DNA of 64,000 nt from Candidatus Nomurabacteria bacterium RIFCSPLOWO2_01_FULL_41_18. Lineage in GTDB: Bacteria; Patescibacteriota; Minisyncoccia; Phycocordibacterales; UBA9973. The stretch lies in the NCBI GenBank assembly GCA_001785865.1, contig MFUZ01000006.1, forward strand, positions 176,880 to 240,879, read 5' to 3'. A program made the translations under genes and the position numbers. Shown here piece after piece: positions 8,824 to 20,451 of the stretch (the first letter of the stretch is position 1; the number at the start of each line of letters is the position of its first letter). The notes beneath the pieces are model-generated. The model was not told the origin of the DNA and ran no database searches. It saw only the letters and a program-made list of their open reading frames with translations.

Positions 8824-9837
8824 CTATTTTTTACTTAAAACTGTTTTCTTATATACATCCAAATGCTCCAATGCTATGCCTGTGCCCTTTACCACACAAA
8901 AAAGAGGATCTTCGGCTAAGGCCGCCTTTACCCCAGTTTTCCTGTAAACCAAATCAGTAAAATTGCGCAATTGAGACGAACCTCCGGTCATAATGATTCC
9001 TTGATCTATGATGTCGGAAGCAAGCTCGGGTGGAGTTTCTTGCAGTACATCTTTGATAGCTTGTATTATTTGTTTTAATTCTCCGTCTATGGCTTTAACT
9101 ATCTCATTTGTACCTACTCGCGCAGAACGAGGCAATCCCTGAATATAATCTCTACCCTTGATAGTAACATTAAGTTCTTCTTCCAAAAGTACAGCCGCAC
9201 CGATTTTTATTTTTACTTCTTCCGCTGTCCTGTCACCTATTGCTAGATTGAAGGTTTTTTTAATATAATCTGCTATTGCTTGATCTATTTTATTTCCGGC
9301 ACATTTAACTGATTTGGAAGAAACTATTCCGCCGAGCGATATAACTGCCACATCCGTCGTTCCTCCACCTATGTCCACTACCATATGCCCTCTAGACTCG
9401 TAAATCGGTATCCCAGCGCCAATAGCAGCCAAAATGGGTTCTTTGACGACATATGCATTCTTTGCACCTGCACGTATTGCGGCCTCTATTACAGCTCTGC
9501 GTTCTGTGCTGGTGACTCCGGCAGGTACTGAAACCATCACATCTGGTTTAAAGAAATTGAATCGCCCCATCGCTTTATTTATAAAATAACGAAGCATGGC
9601 TTCTGTCACACGATAGTCAGCAATCACACCGTCTTTCATCGGACAATAAGTAATGATGGATTCAGGGGTTTTGCCGATCATATCCTTGGCTTCGAAACCG
9701 ATAGCTAGAATCTTGTTGTCTTGCTCAGAAACTGCTACCACCGAAGGCTCGTTTAAGATTATCCCCTTGCCAGGCAAAAATACCAAGGTATTCGCTGTTC
9801 CTAAATCTATGCCTAATTTTTTCGTAAAAATACCCAT
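8824..9837 (-). CDS. mreB: Rod shape-determining protein MreB
   Basis: Actin-fold motifs GIDLGTANT and DIGGGTTD. Confidence 0.9.
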   Translation of the reverse strand: MGIFTKKLGIDLGTANTLVFLPGKGIILNEPSVVAVSEQDNKILAIGFEAKDMIGKTPESIITYCPMKDGVIADYRVTEAMLRYFINKAMGRFNFFKPDVMVSVPAGVTSTERRAVIEAAIRAGAKNAYVVKEPILAAIGAGIPIYESRGHMVVDIGGGTTDVAVISLGGIVSSKSVKCAGNKIDQAIADYIKKTFNLAIGDRTAEEVKIKIGAAVLLEEELNVTIKGRDYIQGLPRSARVGTNEIVKAIDGELKQIIQAIKDVLQETPPELASDIIDQGIIMTGGSSQLRNFTDLVYRKTGVKAALAEDPLFCVVKGTGIALEHLDVYKKTVLSKK

Positions 9838-9875
9838 TTAACTAATATATATTATTTTTGTGTTAAAATCAAAGA

Positions 9876-10229
9876 ATGAAAGATAAGGAACAAGAAGAGA
9901 AAAAAGAAGAAAAAGATCTTGAAAATAATTTAAAAAATCCATTTGCAGGATATTTAGATAATTTAAAAAAACATAAGCAAGCAGTGAACCCTGTTCACGA
10001 AATCGTAAACTGCTATTACAAAATGAACGGCTGGGAAAAGATGCCTAAAGATTTTTATACCGGCCGATATGCCTACAACAAGCTCGCTAGTGAGGCAAAA
10101 AAATTATATATAGCTTGTAGCGAAGAACTTGATGATTGTATTTGGGCGTTAGATAAAATGAAATACTTGGCAGAAAAAGGTGGCTTTGATTGGTCTATAA
10201 TTACCTGCTTGAAACATAAATTGAAATAG
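9876..10229 (+). CDS. Hypothetical protein
   Basis: 117-aa ORF with a Lys/Glu-rich N-terminus and no recognisable motif. Confidence 0.45.
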   Translation: MKDKEQEEKKEEKDLENNLKNPFAGYLDNLKKHKQAVNPVHEIVNCYYKMNGWEKMPKDFYTGRYAYNKLASEAKKLYIACSEELDDCIWALDKMKYLAEKGGFDWSIITCLKHKLK

Positions 10230-10263
10230 TATATATTTTAATAAATCAACCGAAAGGAAAATT

Positions 10264-10446
10264 ATGCTAAGTTGGTTCTTTCCCGCCGAGGGAGAGGGAT
10301 CCGTCCCTCAACACATTGAGTTGTTTGAACGCAAAGTTGTGGAGCATGATTTGGATATTGGAAAACCAGCGGTTCTCGAGGTGTTGAATTCTCATCACGA
10401 CAATCGCCCAGCCCAACGCATTCCCCACGATCTCGAAAGCAAATAA
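10264..10446 (+). CDS. Small hypothetical ORF (60 aa), GC-rich
   Basis: RBS-like aaaggaaa 7 nt upstream, and followed by a hairpin terminator. It could be non-coding. Confidence 0.3.
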   Translation: MLSWFFPAEGEGSVPQHIELFERKVVEHDLDIGKPAVLEVLNSHHDNRPAQRIPHDLESK

Positions 10447-10462
10447 GATCATCTCAATCAAT

Positions 10463-10500
10463 GGACGCACGGAGAACCCGATGCGTCCGCCCTTTTTTAA
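10463..10500 (+). terminator. Rho-independent terminator hairpin GGACGCA...TGCGTCC plus T-run
   Basis: ggacgcacggagaacccgatgcgtcc gcccttttttaa. Confidence 0.55.
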
Positions 10501-10501
10501 G

Positions 10502-10531
10502 TACGTAATGTATTACGTAATACATTACGTA
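10502..10531. repeat. 30-nt perfect palindrome TACGTAATGTATTACGTAATACATTACGTA, overlapping the rsmI stop codon
   Basis: The sequence equals its own reverse complement. It lies in a convergent intergenic region. Confidence 0.7.
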
Positions 10532-11214
10532 ACGATGACTGTAAATTCCCCTCTTTGTTTTTCGGGATTTTTATTAAGATATTCTAAAACTTCAGCAGGT
10601 GAGCCAGTTTTTAATTCTTCATAGATTTTTGTAAGTTCGCGCGCAATGCAGACTTTTTTAGTTGGGCAAAATTTTACAAGCGATTCTAGGGTTTTTAAAA
10701 TTCTGTGAGGGGATTCGTAAAATACCATAGTTCTCTCCGATTCAGCAATTTCTTTAAACAAAGTTTCTCTCCCCTTTTTGTGTGGTAAAAATCCAAGAAA
10801 AGTAAATTCATGCGTTGGCAATCCTGATGCAGAAAGTGCAGCAATGACTGCTGAAGGACCAGGAATCGGAATCACATCTACGCCATGGCTGAAATGCGTT
10901 TTGATCTTGTTTATAAGCATTGCCCCTGGGTCTGATATCCCCGGCGTACCCGCATCCGAAACCAACGCCAGATTTTTCCCCTGCTCTAATAATTCAAAAA
11001 TTTTATCTATCTTTTTAGCATGGCCTGCCCGGCTGTAATCGTCAGACGGGTAGCTCATAGTCGGCTTATTTATATTATATTTATCTAAAATCTTTTTAGT
11101 CTCCCGGGTGTCCTCGCACAATATCAAATCCACGCTTTTGAGCGTCTCTATCGCCCGGAGCGTAATGTCCCCCATATTTCCTATCGGGGTTGCGACGATG
11201 TAGAACTTTGCCAT
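10525..11214 (-). CDS. rsmI: 16S rRNA (cytidine1402-2'-O)-methyltransferase
   Basis: Tetrapyrrole-methylase fold motifs YIVATPIGNMGDIT, EDTRETKKIL and SDAGTPGISDPG. Confidence 0.85.
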   Translation of the reverse strand: MAKFYIVATPIGNMGDITLRAIETLKSVDLILCEDTRETKKILDKYNINKPTMSYPSDDYSRAGHAKKIDKIFELLEQGKNLALVSDAGTPGISDPGAMLINKIKTHFSHGVDVIPIPGPSAVIAALSASGLPTHEFTFLGFLPHKKGRETLFKEIAESERTMVFYESPHRILKTLESLVKFCPTKKVCIARELTKIYEELKTGSPAEVLEYLNKNPEKQRGEFTVIVT

Positions 11215-11624
11215 ATAGAATTTTTACCATTAAATGCAAAAATGAAAATAGCGGCCGCGACAATGAGTATATTCTTGATTATGTATTGCCCTTCCATTGT
11301 GGGCACCAAGAACCCTTGCCAGGCCACCTCGGGCAAGAGAAAAAGCGGCATAGTAATCATCGCGAGATGAGCTGCCAAAAGGAGCATTACAGGCTTGGTA
11401 AATTTTGGTACCAAAAATAATATACCGATCAGCATCTCAAAGATCCCAAAACAAATTATGAAAGTCTCGAAAGACATGAAAGGCATGGTTCTGCCGAGAA
11501 GTTCCGACACCAGCGGATTCGCCGGGCTCTCGTCGAAAACCTTCAGGATTCCGAACCAAAAATATACTAAAAAAATAGCGAAACGCGAGAAAGGTAGTGA
11601 TATTTTTTGAAAAAATCTTTCCAT
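11181..11624 (-). CDS. Integral membrane protein (DoxX/DUF417-like), probable start MERFF
   Basis: Four predicted TM helices. The family assignment is tentative. Confidence 0.45.
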   Translation of the reverse strand: MERFFQKISLPFSRFAIFLVYFWFGILKVFDESPANPLVSELLGRTMPFMSFETFIICFGIFEMLIGILFLVPKFTKPVMLLLAAHLAMITMPLFLLPEVAWQGFLVPTMEGQYIIKNILIVAAAIFIFAFNGKNSIWQSSTSSQPR

Positions 11625-11625
11625 A

Positions 11626-12096
11626 TTACTTTCTATATTTTTTCGTCCTCCACTTGTCTGCAATCTTTACCCGTGTGAGCGAACGCTCGAGCTCGGCTTC
11701 AAAATGCTCAAAGTCCACTGCCCCTTTGTTTTCTATTTGCTTCTTCAATTCTTCCGAACGAGCTTTTGCTTGAGCAATTTTTTCGTCAGAAATTTCTTTT
11801 ATATGTTCAGCAAAATCTGCAAGTACAGCCACTTCTGTAACGCCTTCTCCCCCCCGCCCATCCAGGCGGGGCAAGCCAGTTTTAACTTCCACAAATCCGC
11901 CGACTACAGCCATCGGCACATATTCGCCATTCGTAACAGCGACAACATCTCCGGATTTTAAACCAACAACAAGCGGAACATGTTCCGGCAAAATAGTTAT
12001 CTCGCCTTCCGTAGTCGGCAAGGTAACTTGATCCACCATTTCTTCCAAAACAAGCCGTTCTGGGGTGACTATTTTTAGTTTTAATTGTTTTGACAT
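11626..12096 (-). CDS. atpC: F1 ATP synthase epsilon subunit, with a ~12-aa in-frame GC-rich insertion (TGLPRLDGRGGEG)
   Basis: The N-terminal beta-sandwich and C-terminal helix are typical of epsilon. The insertion is coded by ccccgcc-tggatg-ggcgggg at 11846-11877. Confidence 0.85.
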   Translation of the reverse strand: MSKQLKLKIVTPERLVLEEMVDQVTLPTTEGEITILPEHVPLVVGLKSGDVVAVTNGEYVPMAVVGGFVEVKTGLPRLDGRGGEGVTEVAVLADFAEHIKEISDEKIAQAKARSEELKKQIENKGAVDFEHFEAELERSLTRVKIADKWRTKKYRK

Positions 12097-12111
12097 AATG
12101 TATATTTACTT

Positions 12112-12250
12112 AAAAAACAAATAGTTCTTAAGAAAAGCCTTGCGCAAGAGCTTAGAAAATAAATGAGGTATTCCGAATATTATTTTCTTGAGCGATGAGC
12201 AGTTCGCTGGCAAAGCTTTGCCAGATAGATTGCTTTTCGAGAGAAGCTAT
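12112..12250 (+). repeat. Dispersed ~134-bp repeat, copy 2, forming an inverted pair with copy 1
   Basis: About 95% identical to rc(8678-8812). It is intergenic, between atpD and atpC. Confidence 0.75.
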
Positions 12251-12312
12251 TTATTTTTTAAATTACAGTGCACCCTTCCCATTCTTCGCTAACGCTCATC
12301 AGGACTTCGGCG

Positions 12313-14420
<2,108 letters not shown>

Positions 14421-14460
14421 TTTATGTTATAATTTTAATCTTTCGATTTACTCAAGACTT

Positions 14461-15381
14461 TCAGCTTACAGACGCCATCCCGGCACTAATCTCTGATATT
14501 TCTCTGGTAATGTTCGACTGTCTGGCTTTGTTAAATACCAAAGTCAGATCATCTATCATTTCTCCCGAGGCATCACTCGCATTTTTCATCGCCACCATTC
14601 TGCTCGACTGTTCGGAAGCATTTGATTCTAGCATCATCTGATATATTTGCATTCTGGTCAATTTCTCTGCAAGAGAACCAATCAATTTTACCTTATCACC
14701 TTCTACTAAATAATTTATTGTTTTTTTCTGCAAAGACCCTATTTCCTCAGATTTAATATTTTCCAAAGATTCAATCATTTCTTTTAAATCTGTCCTACTC
14801 ACTGGCAAAATTTGTTTTATATTTGCTCGTTGCGTAAGGGCAGAAATAAAATCAGTATAAGCTACTAGCACTTTATCATATTTCAAAGCGCTGTATTCGT
14901 CTATGGCAAGTTTTGAAATAGGAATAATTTCAGACAAAGAAATGTTGTCATTTAATTCTGTAAAAGAGGCAATTACATTCACGCCGAGTCTGTGCATTGC
15001 CACATCCCCCTTTCTACCAATTGAAATTATGTCAAAGCCCGTCTTTGACATGCTAGATTTTAAGAGACTTAAAGTCTTTTTGATAACTTGCGCATTGTAA
15101 GCTCCACAAAGACCTCTGTTTGAAGTAATGAGAATCAATAAAACTTTACCTGCAGAAGTTTTTTTATCGCGTTCATCAAAAAGTGGATGCGAAATATCTT
15201 GAATACTTTGCGCAATTGAAGTCAAAATTTCCCAAGAATATTCTGCATACAAACGTGAAGCCAAAGTAGAAGCCACCGCACGCTTCATCTTAGAAGCAGC
15301 CACCAGCTCCATCGCTTTGGTGATCTTCTTAGTGCTTTTTACAGATTTTATTCTATTTTTTATTGCTTTACTGTTTGACAT
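14461..15381 (-). CDS. atpG: F1 ATP synthase gamma subunit
   Basis: Gamma-subunit N- and C-terminal coiled-coil helices, with a conserved C-terminus ITREISEISAGMASV. Confidence 0.9.
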   Translation of the reverse strand: MSNSKAIKNRIKSVKSTKKITKAMELVAASKMKRAVASTLASRLYAEYSWEILTSIAQSIQDISHPLFDERDKKTSAGKVLLILITSNRGLCGAYNAQVIKKTLSLLKSSMSKTGFDIISIGRKGDVAMHRLGVNVIASFTELNDNISLSEIIPISKLAIDEYSALKYDKVLVAYTDFISALTQRANIKQILPVSRTDLKEMIESLENIKSEEIGSLQKKTINYLVEGDKVKLIGSLAEKLTRMQIYQMMLESNASEQSSRMVAMKNASDASGEMIDDLTLVFNKARQSNITREISEISAGMASVS

Positions 15382-15399
15382 ATAATTCTTTTAATTTCC

Positions 15400-15440
15400 C
15401 CGCCCGTACCGAACGGTACGTTCGGGCGGGTTTTGTTCCA
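15400..15440 (-). promoter_or_regulatory. Nested GC-rich palindrome CCCGCCCG-GTACCGAACGGTAC-...-CGGGCGGG between atpA and atpG
   Basis: It is not followed by a U-run, so a processing or stability element is more likely than a terminator. Confidence 0.4.
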
Positions 15441-15448
15441 GACATAAA

Positions 15449-16948
15449 TTATTTCACAAAACTTGTTTTAAAATCCGCAATCGCTTTTTTAAGTTGCTCT
15501 TCGCCTTTATCTGTCCACATTTTGCTTTCTTTTACTTCTTTATAGAAAGTTTTAGCATGAGTTTCGGTATAATCAATGAGTCCAGATTCAAATTCTTTTA
15601 TTTTCTCCACTGGCACATCATCCATAAATCCTTTTGTAAGAGCATAAAACGTCACCACTTGGTGTTCTGTTTTTACCGGCGCGTATTGAAGCTGTTTGAG
15701 CATTTCCACTGATCTCTTGCCTCTTTCGAGTTGTTTTTTAGTAGATTCATCAAGATCAGAGCCGAATTGAGAAAAAGCTTCGAGTTCTCGGAACTGTGCA
15801 AGGTCAAGTTTCAAAGTTCCTGCAACTTTTTTCATAGCTTTTATTTGTGCACTAGAACCCACACGGGACACAGAAGAGCCCACGTTGACAGCCGGACGAA
15901 TTCCTTTATAAAAAAGATCTGTTTCAAGGAAAATTTGTCCGTCAGTAATGGAAATAACGTTGGTCGGAATGTAAGCTGAAATATCTCCAGCTTGAGTTTC
16001 AATAATTGGAAATGCGGTAATAGACCCTCCGCCATATTTTGCATTTCGTCTGCACGCACGTTCCAAAAGACGAGAGTGTAAATAAAAAACGTCTCCCGGA
16101 TACGCTTCACGGCCTGGGGGGCGACGAAGAAGCAAAGAAATTTCACGATATGCCACAGCGTGCTTGGAAAGATCATCATAAATAATTAAAACATCTTTTC
16201 CTTGATCCATAAAATATTCTGCAATAGAAACTCCGGCATACGGCGCAATATAAGACATTGAAGCCGCTTCCGATGCTCCTGCAGAAACAATAACCGTGTA
16301 ATCCATAGCCCCACCAGCCTCAAGTCTAGCTCCCAATTTGCGAAGTTTTGAATCTTTTTGACCGATTGACACATACACACAAATCATGTTTTGTCCTTTT
16401 TGATTTAAAATAGCATCGATGGCAAGCGCAGTTTTTCCTGTCTGTCTGTCACCGATGATGAGCTCACGTTGGCCACGACCTACGGGGATAATTGCGTCTA
16501 TGGCTTTGATACCTGTAGCGACTGGTTCAGAAACGCTCTGTCTAGTGACGACGCCCGGAGCTACTTTTTCGATTGGGTAAGTCTTGCCAGCTTTTATAGC
16601 TCCCTTGCCGTCAATCGGCGCGCCGATAGCATTCACCACTCGACCCAAAATACTATCAGAAACTGGTATTTCCAGAATTCTACCAGTAGCTTTGACCTCA
16701 TCCCCTTCTTTTATTTTTGAAAAGTCACCGAGAATAATTACTCCCACTGCATCTTCTTCTAAGTTTAACGCAACACCCGTTTCACCCCCCGGAAAAGTCA
16801 CCATTTCAGAAGATTTAATATCAGACAATCCAGAAACTTTGGCAATACCATCGAAAACTTCCATAACTTGACCCACTTTTTCCACTTTTAATTGGAGTGA
16901 AAAATTATCTATTTCTTTTCTTAAGTTTTCTATAATGTTATTGCTCAT
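15449..16948 (-). CDS. atpA: F1 ATP synthase alpha subunit
   Basis: GDRQTGKT P-loop and [27 protein letters not shown]. Confidence 0.95.
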   Translation of the reverse strand: MSNNIIENLRKEIDNFSLQLKVEKVGQVMEVFDGIAKVSGLSDIKSSEMVTFPGGETGVALNLEEDAVGVIILGDFSKIKEGDEVKATGRILEIPVSDSILGRVVNAIGAPIDGKGAIKAGKTYPIEKVAPGVVTRQSVSEPVATGIKAIDAIIPVGRGQRELIIGDRQTGKTALAIDAILNQKGQNMICVYVSIGQKDSKLRKLGARLEAGGAMDYTVIVSAGASEAASMSYIAPYAGVSIAEYFMDQGKDVLIIYDDLSKHAVAYREISLLLRRPPGREAYPGDVFYLHSRLLERACRRNAKYGGGSITAFPIIETQAGDISAYIPTNVISITDGQIFLETDLFYKGIRPAVNVGSSVSRVGSSAQIKAMKKVAGTLKLDLAQFRELEAFSQFGSDLDESTKKQLERGKRSVEMLKQLQYAPVKTEHQVVTFYALTKGFMDDVPVEKIKEFESGLIDYTETHAKTFYKEVKESKMWTDKGEEQLKKAIADFKTSFVK

Positions 16949-17355
16949 ATGTTTCTTTCTAAATGCTCTTGTAATTTTCCAATTTTATTTTTTACACTCA
17001 AGTCTATCACTTCATTATTCACTTCCAGTTTTATTCCGCCTATCAATTTTTCATCCAACTTTTCTTCTAATATTACTTCTTTGGCGGAATATCTTTTTTT
17101 TAATGAGTGGGTTAAATCTTCTTTTATTTTATGGCTTAATTTTTCTACGCTTGATACTTTGGCTATTATTCTCCCCTCTTCTTTATTTATTATTTTTCTT
17201 AATTGTGAAAGTATTTCGGGAGCTTTTGATAAAAGTCTTTTCCGAAATAAGAAATTAACGACATTTTTCTGATACAGAGATAATTCATGACCATGCTTTT
17301 CTTTTGCTCCTGAATATATCGCGCGAGCTATGTCATTGTTTGATATAACTGTCAT
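16945..17355 (-). CDS. atpH: ATP synthase delta (OSCP) subunit, short form
   Basis: The position in the operon and the C-terminus [18 protein letters not shown]. Confidence 0.7.
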   Translation of the reverse strand: MTVISNNDIARAIYSGAKEKHGHELSLYQKNVVNFLFRKRLLSKAPEILSQLRKIINKEEGRIIAKVSSVEKLSHKIKEDLTHSLKKRYSAKEVILEEKLDEKLIGGIKLEVNNEVIDLSVKNKIGKLQEHLERNI

Positions 17356-17813
17356 AAATTATTTAAATCCTTTTTACTGCTCATTAATTTCTCTGTGGCA
17401 AGCATTGATACACTCACAATTTCTTTGTTTGCTTCTTCTACAATTTTTGTTTTCTCAACCTGAAGACTTTTTTTACCGTTCTCTAAGATAGATGCAACCT
17501 CGATTTTTGCGTTTTCTATCATTTCGTTCTGCTTAGCTTGCACTTCCTTTTTCCCATCTTGAAAAATTTTGTTTGCTTCAATGCGGGCTTTGGCTAGGAT
17601 TTGTTCGGATTCTTTGCTTGTTTTTGCAAGAATTTCAGCATTTACTTTCGCATCATTCACTCCTTTGGAGATCAAATCTCCCCTGTCTTTCATAAGCTTG
17701 CGAAGCGGTTTTGCGGCAAGTAAATAAAACGCCAAAAACACAATCCCGAAGTTGAACAACTGGGCAATCATGAGCTTCCAATCTATGTGAAATGTTTCAA
17801 TAAACTCTTCCAT
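17352..17813 (-). CDS. atpF: F0 ATP synthase b subunit
   Basis: An N-terminal TM helix followed by a long charged helix, plus operon position. Confidence 0.75.
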   Translation of the reverse strand: MEEFIETFHIDWKLMIAQLFNFGIVFLAFYLLAAKPLRKLMKDRGDLISKGVNDAKVNAEILAKTSKESEQILAKARIEANKIFQDGKKEVQAKQNEMIENAKIEVASILENGKKSLQVEKTKIVEEANKEIVSVSMLATEKLMSSKKDLNNL

Positions 17814-17819
17814 TCTTTT

Positions 17820-18128
<309 letters not shown>

Positions 18129-18148
18129 TTAATAATTTTTTACCAACT

Positions 18149-19060
18149 TTAAACACTTGCTAATTTTTCTTCATGACTTTCGTGCTCTTCATGCTCCCCG
18201 CCTGAATGATCTTCAGATCGGGCAGGCTCGTGATCCTGCGATGCTATGGTGAAGTAAACTGTAGCGAGCAAACTGAATATCAATGCCTGAATGAGCCCGA
18301 TGAACACCTCCAGAAACAAAAACGGAGTCGGCAGGATATAAAGAAAAATTGCCCCCATAGAGGCCAATAACACTTCTCCAGCAAATACATTGCCAAAAAG
18401 TCGGAAAGAAAGTGATGCCACCTTTGCCATTTCTCCGATAAGCTCCAAAATACCTACGAAAAATGTAATCGGGGCAACAATTATGACATTTTTATCCTTG
18501 CGGAATTTCGTCACTATTCCTCCGAGCGCTTTTATATTAACATATTTATTGAAAATTTTCCAAATTCCTATAGTTATGATTCCAAAAATATTTGAAGCGA
18601 TAACTATAGCAATACTCAAGGCCAAAGTAGTGTTTATATCAGCTGTGCCAGCTCGAAAGATGGGAATAAAAACAGAATGTCCGGCCTCATTGGCTAAAAA
18701 TCCGACAGAACCGACAATGGGCAAAAGCCCCAGCCAATTGTTTACTAAAATAAAAACAAAAAGCGATATGACGAGAGGGAAAATTTTAAGGGTTATTTTT
18801 CTGTCATTTGTAACTTGATCGCAAAGTGAAAGCGCACCTTCTAAAAGAATTTCAAAAATGTGCTGAACTTTTCCCGGTATTTGTTTTAGGTTCTTTCGAA
18901 GCACCAAGCAAAATACGATAATAACCAAAACTGCGAGCCAAGAATTAAGTAACGAGTTTGTAATTTGAAAACTTCCAACATGGAAAACCGGTTCCGCGTA
19001 AATAGTAGTTTCGTGGACTGGTTCTACTTCAATATTTTGTTCTAAATTATTTGTTGCCAT
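18149..19060 (-). CDS. atpB: F0 ATP synthase a subunit with a His/Glu-rich C-terminal extension
   Basis: Subunit-a TM architecture. The tail reads ...HEPARSEDHSGGEHEEHESHEEKLASV. Confidence 0.85.
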   Translation of the reverse strand: MATNNLEQNIEVEPVHETTIYAEPVFHVGSFQITNSLLNSWLAVLVIIVFCLVLRKNLKQIPGKVQHIFEILLEGALSLCDQVTNDRKITLKIFPLVISLFVFILVNNWLGLLPIVGSVGFLANEAGHSVFIPIFRAGTADINTTLALSIAIVIASNIFGIITIGIWKIFNKYVNIKALGGIVTKFRKDKNVIIVAPITFFVGILELIGEMAKVASLSFRLFGNVFAGEVLLASMGAIFLYILPTPFLFLEVFIGLIQALIFSLLATVYFTIASQDHEPARSEDHSGGEHEEHESHEEKLASV

Positions 19061-19388
19061 TTGTTTTTTCTTCAGCCCGAGGCTGATCTGCCTCTGGCAG
19101 AAATTCTTTTTTATATCCCTTTACTTCCTTATAAATTCCGAAGCAAGTGATGCCGAAACCAATAATCAGAAAAATAAAGAACAAAGTCTGGCTTTCTGTA
19201 AAATTGCCCGCTATCAGACCTATAACCAAAGGCAATATAATCCACGAGGTCGTTTTAACATAAAAAACAATAACTGGTTGCCAGTTCATATGCATACAGT
19301 ATAAGGGAAAAACCATCGGGATGCAAATAAAAACAAAAGCCCCAAGCACCTTGTTGTGATTGGAGCCGCGATGATATAAAAAGATCAA
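19047..19388 (-). CDS. Small membrane protein upstream of atpB (AtpI/AtpZ-like position)
   Basis: Three hydrophobic helices. The 3' end of the ORF is coded by the 5'UTR repeat motif. Confidence 0.35.
   Translation of the reverse strand: MIFLYHRGSNHNKVLGAFVFICIPMVFPLYCMHMNWQPVIVFYVKTTSWIILPLVIGLIAGNFTESQTLFFIFLIIGFGITCFGIYKEVKGYKKEFLPEADQPRAEEKTNGNK
19068..19108 (-). promoter_or_regulatory. Two-hairpin 5'UTR motif (copy 2) immediately upstream of the atpB start
   Basis: Sense: AATTTCTGCCAGAGGCAGATCAGCCTCGGGCTGAAGAAAAAAcaaATG. Confidence 0.5.
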
Positions 19389-19454
19389 AAAGTGTTTTGA
19401 GTGAGGCCGTGTCCTCTCTCGGCTAGGTTTAGTGATTCACGGCACGAAAGTGGA

Positions 19455-19820
19455 TCAACCACCAGCCCCTGGATCACCATAATACTCTTTCGCTTCAGTA
19501 TCAAGAAGAGCCATCTCTGCTTGCTTTGGATCATTCTCGGGAACGACAGTCTCAGTGCTCAGATCTGGGATGGCGTCGATGTCAATGTGCATCCACTTCA
19601 AATATCCAGCTCTTGTTGCCTGATCAAAATTGCCGGTCTGGTTAACCAAGTAAAGACGCTGAAGTAACTTCACCGCTTCAATGGTCTTCGGACCATACAC
19701 TCCGTCAGGTACGATGTTGTAGCCAATTCCTTGAGCCTTCAACATCAATTGCAGAACCAAATTGGCGTGGCGGTCAGTTGATCCCTGATCAAGAGAAGGA
19801 AACGGGAATAGTTTTTTCAT
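19455..19820 (-). CDS. Peptidoglycan-binding domain (PG_binding_1-like) protein
   Basis: LQLMLKAQGIGYNIVPDGVYGPKTIEAVKLLQ matches the PGBD repeat. The gene is GC-rich. Confidence 0.5.
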   Translation of the reverse strand: MKKLFPFPSLDQGSTDRHANLVLQLMLKAQGIGYNIVPDGVYGPKTIEAVKLLQRLYLVNQTGNFDQATRAGYLKWMHIDIDAIPDLSTETVVPENDPKQAEMALLDTEAKEYYGDPGAGG

Positions 19821-19896
19821 ATTAACGAGCTTTCTTTTTTGGACGCGTTTTGCGTCGCTTTATATTTACAATATGAGAAAAGGCGAATTTGTCAAG

Positions 19897-19968
19897 TGAG
19901 TGTGGAAGGAATCGGACCTTCGACCTCTGTCTTATCAGGACAGCGTTCTACCACTGAACTACACACTC
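19897..19968 (-). tRNA. tRNA-Ile (anticodon GAU)
   Basis: rc = GAGTGTGTAGTTCAGTGGTAGAACGCTGTCCTGATAAGACAGAGGTCGAAGGTCCGATTCCTTCCACACTCA. It folds as a cloverleaf with anticodon loop CTGATAA. Confidence 0.85.
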
Positions 19969-20074
19969 AATAGAAAAAACTATAACAAAATAAACAGATT
20001 TCAGCAAACAATAATTTATCAAACATCACTCTACTAATATGCTGTTACTATGTACTAGTACATGAATGCATTTG

Positions 20075-20108
20075 AAAAAATCAAAAAACCGCCGGGAGGC
20101 GGCTTCTT
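20075..20108 (-). terminator. Rho-independent terminator of the RRM gene
   Basis: Minus-sense GCCGCCTCCCGGCGG followed by TTTTTTGATTTTTT. Confidence 0.7.
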
Positions 20109-20130
20109 GATTTTAAAATACAAATTTAAT

Positions 20131-20451
20131 TTAGTATTCTCTTCGTCCGCCTCCTCCCCCATAACCTCCTCGGTCATTGCCTCCACTTCGTGGTGGACGA
20201 GCTTCCATAGGGCGAGCTTCGTTGACAGTAAGTTTGCGTCCTTCGAATTCTTGATCGTTGAACATTGAAATAGCTTTACCAGCCTCATCTTGCGATGACA
20301 TTTCTACGAATCCAAAACCTTTTGAACGACCAGACATCTTGTCCATAATAATCACAGCGGATACTACTGATCCAGCTTGTGCGAAGAGCTCTTTGAGAGC
20401 ACCTTCTTGAGTGCTGTAAGGGAGTCCCCCTACATATAGCTTTGTAGCCAT
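20131..20451 (-). CDS. Glycine-rich RNA-binding protein (RRM domain)
   Basis: RNP2 LYVGGL, RNP1 KGFGFVEM, and a C-terminal RGG/GGYGGGGG tail. Confidence 0.85.
   Translation of the reverse strand: MATKLYVGGLPYSTQEGALKELFAQAGSVVSAVIIMDKMSGRSKGFGFVEMSSQDEAGKAISMFNDQEFEGRKLTVNEARPMEARPPRSGGNDRGGYGGGGGRREY

Noticed and set aside
10264-10446. Recoded TGA or an alternative genetic code
   Set aside because: Several well-supported genes (for example rmuC at 41638-41640) terminate at TGA at the expected protein length. Standard-code translations give full-length orthologue-like proteins throughout.
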